NCBI GenBank assembly: GCA_044892525.1 | Contig: CM097885.1 | Location: 40,240,001 to 40,304,000, forward strand | Direction: 5' to 3' | DNA from: Schmidtea polychroa | Lineage: Eukaryota | Length of the DNA: 64,000 nt | Shown here: positions 9,603-19,719 of the stretch, piece by piece | How positions within the stretch are numbered: position 1 is the first letter of the stretch | How the letters are laid out: each line of letters starts with the position of its first letter | Position numbers and translations under genes: made by a program | Notes under the pieces: model-generated | The model's input: only the letters and a program-made list of their open reading frames with translations | What the model was told of the DNA's origin: nothing | The model's database searches: none

Positions 9603-10484
9603 ATGGTATATGAAGAAAGATTAGCACTTTTAAAAAAATTACAATCAGAACAAGATAAATATAATAAAAAAGATACAACTCAACATGCTGAATCTATAAT
9701 ATTAAATGAGGTAATAACACAACAACAGGGGCCAACAATTAAAGCTATAAAAGAGTTGGAAGATTTCAATGAGCAAGCAAAATTTAAAGAGTTAGAAGAT
9801 AAAAAACAAAAAATAAAAGAACTAGAGTGGCAGGATAAAGAAAAAGAATCCAGTGAAAACCATCCTGAAAGAAATCAAAGAAAACGCAGAAGAATTTCTA
9901 ATGTGGAAGAAGAAGAAATGTTTTTAAAAACAAAAGCTCTTAAAGTTGATCCTAAAATTAGAGATGATTTACCTCCTTCAATTAGACCCACATTTAATAC
10001 TAATACTGAAGGATATCAAATAATAACAATTAATAAACAAAACTTTACTTTATATTCAAATTCAGAAAATAAATCACGTATTCATTCACAAAATGTTTAT
10101 AATAATGAATATTTAGACTTTGAATTTACAGATGATTTTTATAGATTACTTTGTGGATATTCTTCAGATGATGTTGAAGAAATTAAAAAATATTTAAATT
10201 TAATAAAATTAATAAGAGCTAGTTCTAAAGCAAAATATATTCAAGATTTAAAGAATTATTTAAATAAAAATGAAAAGGGTTATGTTGTTACAGAGGGAGA
10301 GGGATTAATTAGTGAAGGTGGTAAACCAAATCCCATCAATCTTTTTATTGAATTAAGAAAACTATTAGCTGCAAGGAAAGCAGGACATAATAATTTAGAT
10401 TCTGATATTTTAAAGATTTCTAAAGATTTGTTAAAACAAGGAATAATTTCAAAAGATAAATTTAATAAGTATACGAAGTTATAA
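9603..10484 (+). CDS. Conserved uncharacterised Polinton protein
   Basis: 293 aa. C-terminal PINLFIELRKLLAARKAGHNN resembles the PNEL..RL.LL.AS..AGN motif I recall from Maverick ORFs; NLS-like RKRRR. Confidence 0.7.
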   Translation: MVYEERLALLKKLQSEQDKYNKKDTTQHAESIILNEVITQQQGPTIKAIKELEDFNEQAKFKELEDKKQKIKELEWQDKEKESSENHPERNQRKRRRISNVEEEEMFLKTKALKVDPKIRDDLPPSIRPTFNTNTEGYQIITINKQNFTLYSNSENKSRIHSQNVYNNEYLDFEFTDDFYRLLCGYSSDDVEEIKKYLNLIKLIRASSKAKYIQDLKNYLNKNEKGYVVTEGEGLISEGGKPNPINLFIELRKLLAARKAGHNNLDSDILKISKDLLKQGIISKDKFNKYTKL

Positions 10485-10506
10485 ATACGAAGTTTTAAAA
10501 TACAAA

Positions 10507-10971
10507 ATGACTACTTCAATATTAGATTTTTTAAAAACATTTGGAATAAATGCAAAAACAAATTTTGATTTAAAAGATTATGCAAATTATTTAAATTTAA
10601 AAATTAAAATATTAATGAATGATGAATTATCAAGTCTGGAGAGACCCCTGAATATAATAATCAATTATCAAAATTCAAATGAAAAAGGATCTCATTGGGT
10701 TTGTATATATAAGAAATCTATCTACTTTGATTCTTTTGGGATTAAACCTACTAAAGAAGTTGAAGATTATCTCTTGAGGGGTTCTCCGATTGATTCCCCA
10801 AATGGTTATACTTTTAACTCTTTACAAGTTCAACCTTTGAATACTAAAATATGTGGTATTTTAAGTTTATATGTTTTGTATAGATTGAATAAGGGAGAGG
10901 GAAAGGGGCACACGCAGGATTTTGAATCTATAATTCAAGAAATTTATAATGATCTAGAATCTCTACTATAA
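10507..10971 (+). CDS. Adenain-like cysteine protease (virion maturation)
   Basis: GSHWV (His), YFDSFG (Asp), QVQ (oxyanion Gln), ICG (Cys). Confidence 0.92.
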   Translation: MTTSILDFLKTFGINAKTNFDLKDYANYLNLKIKILMNDELSSLERPLNIIINYQNSNEKGSHWVCIYKKSIYFDSFGIKPTKEVEDYLLRGSPIDSPNGYTFNSLQVQPLNTKICGILSLYVLYRLNKGEGKGHTQDFESIIQEIYNDLESLL

Positions 10972-11004
10972 GGATTTTTACTATATGAATTTACTACTAA
11001 AGAA

Positions 11005-11769
11005 ATGGAGCTTCACAACCCTCCGGAAGATAATTTAAAAAAAATGGTAAACATAATGTCAGATAAATATTCAAGAACTTTATCTATAAATTCAAAAGAA
11101 TCAGAGTTTACTATAAACTTTCAAGATTCAATTAAATTAGATCAAAATTTAAATTATGAATTGGGGCTATTATGGTTTTGTGCTTATAATACTATTTTTA
11201 ATATAACTAAAGATAATAATAAATTTACTATTCAAACTCGTGATGGGCATAAACCAGAAATTATAACAATAGAACCTGGGGCATATGAGATAAAAGATTT
11301 AAATGATATACTTTCTAAAAAAACAAATGAAGGTATTAAAATTAAAATGGATATACCAACTTCAAAATGTGTAATGACTTTGAAGAATATAAAAATTAGT
11401 TTTTTAGATAATTGTTTCTTTCACACAGTTTTAGGATTTAAACCTATGGATATAACAATAAAAGAAGATAAAATAATAACATCAGAAAATATTATAAAAA
11501 TAATAAATACAAACACAATAAATATTCATTGTGATTGTATAACAGGTTCTTATAATAATGGTAAACAAACAAATGTTTTATATTCCTTTCCCTCAAACAC
11601 AGTTCCTATGGGATATAAAATAGTTGAAAGAATGAATCCTCCAAATTATTTACCTTTATGTAGAAAATATATAATGGATATTAATTTTAAAATTCTTAAT
11701 CAAGAAGGAGAATTGATTGATTTTAATGGAGAAGAGATTTCAATGTATTTACATTTGAAACAGGTTTGA
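11005..11769 (+). CDS. Minor capsid protein (single jelly-roll, penton-like)
   Basis: 254 aa, beta-rich; PGAYEIKDLN, INIHCDCITGSY, GYKIVE..YLP, IDFNGEEISMYLHL. Confidence 0.82.
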   Translation: MELHNPPEDNLKKMVNIMSDKYSRTLSINSKESEFTINFQDSIKLDQNLNYELGLLWFCAYNTIFNITKDNNKFTIQTRDGHKPEIITIEPGAYEIKDLNDILSKKTNEGIKIKMDIPTSKCVMTLKNIKISFLDNCFFHTVLGFKPMDITIKEDKIITSENIIKIINTNTINIHCDCITGSYNNGKQTNVLYSFPSNTVPMGYKIVERMNPPNYLPLCRKYIMDINFKILNQEGELIDFNGEEISMYLHLKQV

Positions 11770-11793
11770 AGATTCATTTTAAATTATTAATAA

Positions 11794-12804
11794 ATGAGTT
11801 CTTATATTCCATGTAATAGAGGTGGTGGAACAATAAAAACAGGGTTTAATACAGAAGAAATATTAACTTTAACAGAAAATAAATATATTAATGAAAGAGG
11901 TGATTCAATGAAGGGTGATTTAATTTTAAATGGACACAAGATAAAAGAATTATCTTTTCCAACTGATGAAGCTGATGCGGTTAATAAAAAATATGTAGAT
12001 GGTGTTAAAAATTATACTGATTTAACAACAACAAGAATTGAAAGTTCATTAACAACAAAAATTGATTCAATGGAATCAAAGCTTAATAATATCGAACAAC
12101 GATTTAATGATAAATTTGACAAGTTACAAAGTCTGTTAACTGAACAAGTTGTAAAGTTAAATACTGCTATATTAAATTCTAAAGATAAACAAATTATGAA
12201 TACTAAATTTAATACAATATATAAAATAATAAATGAGATGATTACATCATTTAATAAAAGAATTTCAAATTTAGAGTCTCATGGAACACACATTAACACC
12301 ACACATAGTATTAGAAAAAGAGCTGCTGAATTAGAACAGAATAAAACATTATTACCCCATACATATAAACATTTTATAGAACCAAGTTTAATAACAACAA
12401 ACAGTAAAGAATGGGGTGTTTTTATGATTGTAAAAATTATTGATCCTTATTTCTTTTTGTTTGATGATGATAATGAAAGAATGAAATGGTTTGTGAAATG
12501 TGATTATAATAGTAAGCTTGAAAAGGGTGATGTTATAATGACTAGTTATGATTTACCACACGGAGATTGGTATGTTAATACTCATTCACATGGACTACAT
12601 AAAGTTAAAAGTAAGAATATTCATTTTTCTAGTTCACTTGTACAATATATAGATTTAATATTTTATGAAAAAAAGGTTGATGTTGATGAAGTTCGTAAAG
12701 CATTGAGAGAATTGTATAAAGATATCCTCTCAACAAGAGTTTCTTTTGATATCCGAGTATTGGTGCCAGATGGTGCTCAGAAGAATAAAGTCTTATTTTT
12801 TTAA
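11794..12804 (+). CDS. Putative fibre/spike protein
   Basis: GDSMKGDLILNGHKIKELSFPTDEADAVNKKYVD is a phage tail-fibre/YadA-neck-like motif; followed by a long coiled coil and a globular C-terminus; lies directly after the penton gene. Confidence 0.6.
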   Translation: MSSYIPCNRGGGTIKTGFNTEEILTLTENKYINERGDSMKGDLILNGHKIKELSFPTDEADAVNKKYVDGVKNYTDLTTTRIESSLTTKIDSMESKLNNIEQRFNDKFDKLQSLLTEQVVKLNTAILNSKDKQIMNTKFNTIYKIINEMITSFNKRISNLESHGTHINTTHSIRKRAAELEQNKTLLPHTYKHFIEPSLITTNSKEWGVFMIVKIIDPYFFLFDDDNERMKWFVKCDYNSKLEKGDVIMTSYDLPHGDWYVNTHSHGLHKVKSKNIHFSSSLVQYIDLIFYEKKVDVDEVRKALRELYKDILSTRVSFDIRVLVPDGAQKNKVLFF

Positions 12805-12812
12805 TTATTAAA

Positions 12813-13409
12813 ATGGAAGAAGTAAGAAAAGAAAAAATTTACCCAGAATTGAGATCATCAGGATATTATTCTTCCAAGGCCTCGGCTCCCACAGAACTTG
12901 AAATTATGAGAGTAAAAGAATTTAAATCAGAAACCTTACATTTACAAGATTTATTAAAGCATTATAAAAAAATTAAAAATAGATGGAATAAAGGGAATAC
13001 AGTTTTAAAAGTTATAGGTTATTCTTTAGGATTTGCATCTGCAATATTAACAGTTATTTTACCCATAACTTTACCAGTTGTTACTCTTGCACCTGTAATA
13101 CTTGGAAGTATTTCTGTGGCTGATGGTTTCTTAACTGAAATAGTTTCATTATCTTATACTTCTAAAAAGAAAAGTTTATATAGAGAAGTTTGTTTATCAA
13201 TAGAATTAGGAATCTCTAAATTATTTTTATTTCAATTAAAAGCTTTGGAAGATGGAATCCTGACAGACGAAGAAATAATGAAATCAAATCAAATAATACA
13301 AGATATAAAGAATGAGGTTATAAGATTAAAAAGGGAGGGCATGGTGGCTAATGTTATAAGTAATAAAAAAACATCTCGAAAAAAATGGTTAAAGAATTCT
13401 TACTTATAA
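12813..13409 (+). CDS. Two-transmembrane-helix protein of the Polinton
   Basis: Hydrophobic hairpin VIGYSLGFASAILTVILPITLPVVTLAPVILGSISV flanked by basic helices; KALEDGILTDEE motif. Confidence 0.65.
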   Translation: MEEVRKEKIYPELRSSGYYSSKASAPTELEIMRVKEFKSETLHLQDLLKHYKKIKNRWNKGNTVLKVIGYSLGFASAILTVILPITLPVVTLAPVILGSISVADGFLTEIVSLSYTSKKKSLYREVCLSIELGISKLFLFQLKALEDGILTDEEIMKSNQIIQDIKNEVIRLKREGMVANVISNKKTSRKKWLKNSYL

Positions 13410-13503
13410 AATGGGTGTATTTTTAAAAAAGTAGATCAGGTTGCTATAGTTGCTTAAATTAATTGTCGACATTTTATTATTAAAAAATTAAATATCGTTG
13501 GTT

Positions 13504-16500
13504 TCAGTTATGGTTGAAAGCCAACCTATGAATCATTAATTTATGATCTTTAAATTCTTTATCACTTAGACCTTTTATATATTCAGGATCAGTATTAAAA
13601 TATTTAAGTTCTAAACATATAGGATTAAAAACTTGAGAATATAAAGGTTTCTCGATTTCTCTCTCGGGATAAATAATTTCAACATTATAAATATCAAGAT
13701 CAGTAATCTTTGTATCATATAACTTATTCAACTTTTCTAGATTTTTTATTATAGGGATTAAATTATTTCCAATAGGTAGAGTTGTCTTTAAATCACTTAG
13801 TATGAATCTCTTATCATCATAATTTGATAATGATACTTTTTGAGATTCTATCAAGTGAATATCATGGTTTTCACTTTTAAGTTGATGTATTTCATCAATT
13901 TTATCTTTATGATTTGGATTCAATGTATCTATATAATCTTGATGAGAAAGATTCTTTGCAACCACTCTCTGTATTCCTTTACATCTGTTATCCTTTACAG
14001 GTTTTTCTTCTTTAGGAAATATAGGATATCTATGTGTAATGGTTTCTTCTGTTTCTGGAGTTTTAAATATAAATGATCTAGTTATAAATTCAGGGTTTCT
14101 AAATGTTTCGTATGAATATTGTTTAGCACGAATAAATATTCCATTTTCTATAGGAGTAAAAGGTTTTTCATCTTTAAACGAAAATAGTTCTCCAGATGAA
14201 TTTATTAAATTTGAAAGTATAGGATTTTCTTTCATATCTTTTTGTAAATCATGAGTTCTTATTGCTAAAAACATTGAATCTGTATCCATTGCATGCATTG
14301 ATATATTTGCTCCGTATATAGGTTGTAAGATGTTATAATATGTTTCATACATTTGTAATTTTGAAAGTTCTAAAATTGTAAACCCTATAAATATTGGTTT
14401 GTTATATGTTTTCTCATAATTTTTTAATTCTACAGCAGTAAGATTTTCAGAAAATACTTGTGCGTTTTTAAATGTAGGCTTTCCTAGCATGCGATTATAA
14501 CGCTTAATATCTTTGGTAGTATTTGTTAGGAGTTCAATATGAGTATATTTATCAACATTCTCCATTGTTTTCCCAAATACTGAATTGTTTAAAATTTTAT
14601 AATTATTATCTTTAAAAAGGTTACCTTCTCTTTTTGCAATGTTTCGACACCTAATGTTCTCCTCGATAAAAGCTTTCATGAATGGAGCTTGTTTAAATCT
14701 TATGACACTATGAACTTTTTTTAATATCATTCCTCGTGAGAGATAAAATTGGAGGAGTCTATAGTGACAAAGATAAAACCTTCGATCTGTTTGATCACAA
14801 AGAAGTTTCATTGTTGGAGGTTTATCTTGTGAGATTTGCCATTCAGAAAGTTCGTTGATATCAATCTTTCTTCTTATGGGAGCTAAAGGAAAATATCTTG
14901 TTCCTGATTTTATATCATCTGGATAGTCGAGGTCACATTCTATAAAGTAACCTATTGGAGAATCTTTCGATGTTGAAAGTATTTCTTTCATAAGGTCATC
15001 TGTTGGGTTCTCTATTTCAGTGAAATCACTCATTGGTAAATATTGAGTCATAATTCCTGAATATAAAGCTGTTGCATCTATATAAAGTATAAATATAGGA
15101 TTTTTCATTGTTTCTAATAATTCTTTTAATTCCTCATTGTTAATTTTCATATATGGATCATCAGGGTGTTTAGATAGTCTTCGGCTAGTAGTTATTGCAT
15201 TTCTAGCTTTTATTTCTCTATTCCCCATTACTGAAGAGACTCCTCCTCTAATGTTTGTTTTAATTAGATTAAACATATCGAGGTTAGTTAAAAGATCTAT
15301 AATTTTATCACCTTCTTCTATATTTGAAGTCCAAATGGAATATAACATAGTATCCCAAGCTAAAGAGGGTGCAGTTATATAATTATAAGGTTTAAGAACA
15401 AAAGAGTTTGTAAATTCTTCAAAGCAATCTGCTAGAATATAAACATCCAAGGATAAATACATACTTGTATATTCTCCTAAAGTTTTACACTTGAATAATT
15501 CCCACATTTTATTTGCTCGAGAATATTCTTGATTTGTAATATGATTTTTTTGAAGTTGTGAATAGAAATCTTCTTGGCTAGGAAGACTTGTTTCATTATA
15601 TCTTTCAAACGAGTCAACATAGTCATAAGGATATATTCCTTTTGCTAAGCATGTAGGATATTCTTCTGGAGGAATATTATTTTTTTCCAAGAATTCTCGA
15701 GTGATTTTAAAATTTTCTGGTTTCATTGTTTTTGCTACTGCATCTAGAGACATTTGGAGAAAGTTTAACGAGTCTATAAATTTTAATTTTCCATATTCAA
15801 CTGATTTATATTTTTCCTTTGTTAAGCCGATAACTTTGAAAGAGTTTTTAGCATTTGCTGCTAAATGTTTAATAAATAGATGTATGTCATATCCAAAAAG
15901 ATTATGAAATATAACAGGTATAAATTTAGGAGTATGGCAATTAAGATTGCAATTTTTATGAGCTGCTCCTCGATAATTATTTTCCTTTTTTAAATGATCA
16001 TGATCTATAACTTTTTCATCAGGAAGAATATTCTGTTTACACATCCAACAGTTGGAAGTATTTTCATATTCTTGTTGTTGTTGATTAGAAATATTTTGAG
16101 GATAGTTTGTTTTTAATATTTTAAATATTTCATGTTCTAGATCATTTATATTTTTAGTAAAATGATTCAAGACTTCTTCAGGGGTACCTCCTAGAATTGA
16201 ATATTCTCTAGATTCTATGAGTTCAGGATAATTACTTTTAAATAATAATTTATAAGCAGATGGTAATTGTTTAGTTTTTTTAACACTATTAGGTTTATTT
16301 CTTTTTCTTAGAAAGGCTTTCATCCTCTCTGGTTTCATCTTCTCTCCTGAGGAGTTCCATAAATCCATGAGTTTATTTTTTTCTATTATTTTTAAATATT
16401 GATAAACCAAATTTTGTTTATGGTTTATAGATTCAAAGTCACCATAAAGAACTCCAACTGTTTGTAGTAAATTTGAAAAGTTTTTAAAATACATCTTGGG

Positions 16501-17823
16501 ATTATTAGGCATTTTAATTAAAGCTGGATCATCTTTTTCACAAAATCTTGTATGTTTAATCATAGAGTTTTTAGTTGTTGAATAATGAAGACATCTTTTA
16601 CATGTTCCTCCTCCACTAGTTGGATTCTCTGGAGATGTAAAAGCTTGAAAGTTTTTTATTAAAACATAATGTTGATTATTTTCTTGTTCCAAGATTAAAA
16701 GATATATCTCGTTGTCCTGTGCTCCGTTATCCTTGGTTCCACTATCTGAAATATAAATTGGAATAATTTCTTTCCCTATAACATGTTCATAAATATTAAG
16801 TTTAAGATTATTTAATTTTTCAAATTCTGGAATGTCTTCTAGTTTCATTGGGTGTTTGAATCCTTTGGGAAATATTAATTCATTTTCATATTGTTTGTAT
16901 TTTGAAACTCTTTGGGGATTTGTTGCTTGAGGATGTAAATGTGCAAGTATTGACCAGATGAAACATTTGTTATCATTATTCTGTACATTTATAACATTTT
17001 TAGATTTAAAGGGTGTAGGAATATAAGATTTAGGATTGGGTGGTAATCCTCTCCAATAATCAATCACTAAAGTTTGGAAAGAGTTGAATACTAAGTTTGA
17101 ATCTCCTAATTCATTTTCTACTTCCTCTTGTTTTGCTTCTGCTGCTTTAATTATTTCTTTGATGGTTTTATCAAATCCTTTAATTGAAAATAAATATTTA
17201 AAAGGTATTCCAATTTCAACATCTAAGGGTGTTGTCTTTTCTTCTGCTCCTCGCCAGTATTTTGCTTTGATTATAATTTTATATTTTATAACATTATACC
17301 TTGTCGGTTTATAATTTTTTAAAGCTTCAGTGAAAGAATTTTTAATATTTTTTTTATTTTTATTTATATATTCTCCAGGAGTTGCAGGCCCATTAATTTT
17401 TAATTGAAATTCATCTATATGATTAAAATTATCCCAGTTATATTTTTCTCTTTCAACATGATCAGGTTCTCCTTCTGAATGACATTCCTCATCGTCAGAA
17501 TTTTGTTTTTTATTTTTACATTCTTTTATATGTTCTAAATAATAGAAATTTAGTTTTGTTGAAAAGTTACAATGAGGACATGTAAATATTTCTCTATTTT
17601 TCCCGATACAATTTTCAAAATGTTTATTATATCCAGAATGTAGAAATCTTCCTTGACATTTAAGACAAAGTTTTGAATTTGTATCATTAAGATTATTTTC
17701 TTTTAATAAATGAGCTTTCGATTTTAAGTGAGAAATTAATCCAGTTTTATTTTTAAAAACTTTATTGCAAATATTACAATTCATTTTTAGAAAAAAAAAT
17801 TTTATTGGATACCCTGTTTTCAT
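13504..17823 (-). CDS. polB: Protein-primed family B DNA polymerase with N-terminal zinc fingers and an endonuclease VII-like insert
   Basis: Exonuclease motifs YGDFES, HNLFGYD, YLSLDV; polymerase motifs YIDATALYS, KILNNSVFGK, MDTDS, YDDKR; EndoVII-like CWMC..IDHDH..YRGAAHKNCN; CxxC..H..H fingers. The start may be the second Met (MNCNIC). Confidence 0.96.
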   Translation of the reverse strand: MKTGYPIKFFFLKMNCNICNKVFKNKTGLISHLKSKAHLLKENNLNDTNSKLCLKCQGRFLHSGYNKHFENCIGKNREIFTCPHCNFSTKLNFYYLEHIKECKNKKQNSDDEECHSEGEPDHVEREKYNWDNFNHIDEFQLKINGPATPGEYINKNKKNIKNSFTEALKNYKPTRYNVIKYKIIIKAKYWRGAEEKTTPLDVEIGIPFKYLFSIKGFDKTIKEIIKAAEAKQEEVENELGDSNLVFNSFQTLVIDYWRGLPPNPKSYIPTPFKSKNVINVQNNDNKCFIWSILAHLHPQATNPQRVSKYKQYENELIFPKGFKHPMKLEDIPEFEKLNNLKLNIYEHVIGKEIIPIYISDSGTKDNGAQDNEIYLLILEQENNQHYVLIKNFQAFTSPENPTSGGGTCKRCLHYSTTKNSMIKHTRFCEKDDPALIKMPNNPKMYFKNFSNLLQTVGVLYGDFESINHKQNLVYQYLKIIEKNKLMDLWNSSGEKMKPERMKAFLRKRNKPNSVKKTKQLPSAYKLLFKSNYPELIESREYSILGGTPEEVLNHFTKNINDLEHEIFKILKTNYPQNISNQQQQEYENTSNCWMCKQNILPDEKVIDHDHLKKENNYRGAAHKNCNLNCHTPKFIPVIFHNLFGYDIHLFIKHLAANAKNSFKVIGLTKEKYKSVEYGKLKFIDSLNFLQMSLDAVAKTMKPENFKITREFLEKNNIPPEEYPTCLAKGIYPYDYVDSFERYNETSLPSQEDFYSQLQKNHITNQEYSRANKMWELFKCKTLGEYTSMYLSLDVYILADCFEEFTNSFVLKPYNYITAPSLAWDTMLYSIWTSNIEEGDKIIDLLTNLDMFNLIKTNIRGGVSSVMGNREIKARNAITTSRRLSKHPDDPYMKINNEELKELLETMKNPIFILYIDATALYSGIMTQYLPMSDFTEIENPTDDLMKEILSTSKDSPIGYFIECDLDYPDDIKSGTRYFPLAPIRRKIDINELSEWQISQDKPPTMKLLCDQTDRRFYLCHYRLLQFYLSRGMILKKVHSVIRFKQAPFMKAFIEENIRCRNIAKREGNLFKDNNYKILNNSVFGKTMENVDKYTHIELLTNTTKDIKRYNRMLGKPTFKNAQVFSENLTAVELKNYEKTYNKPIFIGFTILELSKLQMYETYYNILQPIYGANISMHAMDTDSMFLAIRTHDLQKDMKENPILSNLINSSGELFSFKDEKPFTPIENGIFIRAKQYSYETFRNPEFITRSFIFKTPETEETITHRYPIFPKEEKPVKDNRCKGIQRVVAKNLSHQDYIDTLNPNHKDKIDEIHQLKSENHDIHLIESQKVSLSNYDDKRFILSDLKTTLPIGNNLIPIIKNLEKLNKLYDTKITDLDIYNVEIIYPEREIEKPLYSQVFNPICLELKYFNTDPEYIKGLSDKEFKDHKLMIHRLAFNHN

Positions 17824-17870
17824 TTTATTTTTTAAGATTTATATTATTCATTTTTTATAATAAAAATTTT

Positions 17871-18852
17871 AAAAAATGACAAAAAATCCAAATCTTGATG
17901 GCGCAGTGGGCTAGATTGACACAGTGGTTCAAAATGCTAGCGGTTCAAATCACATCTGAGGTTAGTTTTTTTTTCAACATAAAATAATATTAAAAATTTG
18001 AAAATAATATTGAAAATAGTGTGGGTATCTTATATTTATAAAGTACTTGTATATTTTATTTTATTTTATTTTATTTATTTTATTTTTTTATTAATTGATT
18101 ATTTTTTAAACATAAATATGAAAAAAAAAATATTGAAACGGGTGATGGTGGCGAACCGGTAATTATCGCCACCTGTCTTTCGAACACCCCCGGATCGATC
18201 CCGGTAATGTGCACATTTATTTCTCAGTTGTTTTCGGACCTCTTTCGATTTCACTTTCGAATTCATTTGTACTTTCGAGCAGCACACTTAAAACGCCGAT
18301 GAAATCGTATTCGAGCGAGAAGCGAATAATAAGGTGTGCTGCTATTATCGGATTGATTCTGATGTATGAGTCTGGCCAGCTTGTATATTGGAAGAGATTC
18401 GATAAACGAAAGAGGTTGATAAATAAAAAAATGATCCGGATCAAAAAAAACTGTTGAGGGGACAGTGAAAAAAAAAAAAAATACCACTGTCCCCTCAGAG
18501 CAGTTTTACTATTTTCATAAAATTTTTTATTCTTCAAGACATCAAGATTAAGATTTCATTTATTTTTTTTAATTAGCCAATTAGCAACTTGCTAGTTGGC
18601 ATCCTCAAGTAGCCTTCTAACAATTTCATAATACAATTTTCTTTTCTATTCTCTTTATGTTTTTAGTTTGAAGCTTTTGAGTTTGAGGCTTTAAAGATTA
18701 AAACAGTTAGAGTCATTAAGGGTGGTTGTTTTCAAAATATAGGGTTAAAATACTATAAAAGTATAAGTTTTAGGTTGTTTTTCTAATAGCTTAAGTGATT
18801 TGGAGGCATGTTTTGTTGGGAGGGCTGTTTTGGTTGGGTATATAACCACACT
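17871..18852 (-). repeat. Right terminal inverted repeat of the Polinton (terminal ACT missing)
   Basis: Reverse complement of 3737-4720; ends ...TATAACCACACT instead of ...CACACTACT. Confidence 0.95.
17892..17974 (+). ncRNA. Putative Pol III tRNA-like small RNA, cassette D (paralog of A)
   Basis: A box TGGCGCAGTGG at 17899-17909, B box GGTTCAAATC at 17942-17951, T9 at 17966-17974. Confidence 0.65.
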
Positions 18853-19099
18853 TGGGTATATAACATAGCGTAAACCACCACATTGATTGGGATGGAATGG
18901 TTTCAATTCACATTGTAGCTGGATAGATAACAGTATTGTCGGGAGGCTTTTGGCTGAGAGAGTTTGGGCTTTGGGTGTTTGATTAAAGATGCCATATAAA
19001 TATAGAAAATAAGTTTATTTTTTAAAATTAAGATATATACAGTAAAAGATGTATACAATAAATGCTAAAGCCACACTGTTCCATGGTCAAGAGAATCGG

Positions 19100-19680
19100 C
19101 CGACAGGCCGATGAGTTTCGTCAAAAGTTTTTCTTATACCCTGCTGAAAAACCTTGTTGCAGAATATGCAGTAAAACCAGAAATACGACAGGAGTACGAA
19201 AAGAAGATCGAGCGTTGGATCAAGGAAGGCTGGTTGACTCTGGCGAATAGCGACGATCATGGTATCTTGCCCTTGTTAGCAGCAGTGCAAGAAAACAAAA
19301 GAAAAATCAGACCGGTTCTTGACTTTAGAGAGCTCAATAATTACGTTAAAAGTCACATTAAGAGTGATATGTAGGAGCAAATAAAGGACGCACATTGCAA
19401 ACACAATTTCGGCCTGGAAAAATCAATCTACTTCATTCAATCGAAAAATCCGGAAACTGATCGAGACAGCATAAAAGACGTCTTGAGAAACTGCATAGAA
19501 TGTAGGTCGATCGACCCATCACCGATTAAATGGTACACTGGTCACGGAAAACTAGAAGAGACTGGCAGTTGACGTCACGAACTACTAGGAATCAACATTT
19601 ATGACCATGGTGGACTGCGGGCCCAGCAGATTTGCAATTTGAAAGAAAATAGAACCGCTGAACATTGTAATAAATTTGTA
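19100..19680 (+). pseudogene. Gypsy-type pol fragments (RT N-terminus, integrase HHCC and start of core)
   Basis: IERWIKEGWL...ILPLLAAVQENKRKIRPVLDFRELN; NCIECRSIDPSPIKW; LAVDVT; MVDCGPSRFAI; large deletions and stop codons. Confidence 0.8.
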
Positions 19681-19719
19681 GCAATGGTCTACTGGAATTA
19701 TAAAAGGAATTAATTTATC

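Larger units (their letters stand above)
3734..18864. mobile_element. Polinton/Maverick (adintovirus-like) endogenous DNA virus, apparently intact
   Basis: Long TIRs; left end AGTAGTGTGGTTATATACCC; ATAGCG at 3728-3733 and 18865-18870; uninterrupted pPolB, integrase, ATPase, protease and major/minor capsid ORFs. Confidence 0.97.

Noticed and set aside
12310..12330. Furin site in the fibre protein (SIRKR)
   Set aside because: P4 is Ile rather than Arg, and there is no signal peptide.
13840..17314. Short plus-strand ORFs within polB (and similar antisense ORFs in the integrase, hAT and last ORF)
   Set aside because: Antisense shadows of long coding frames with no motifs.
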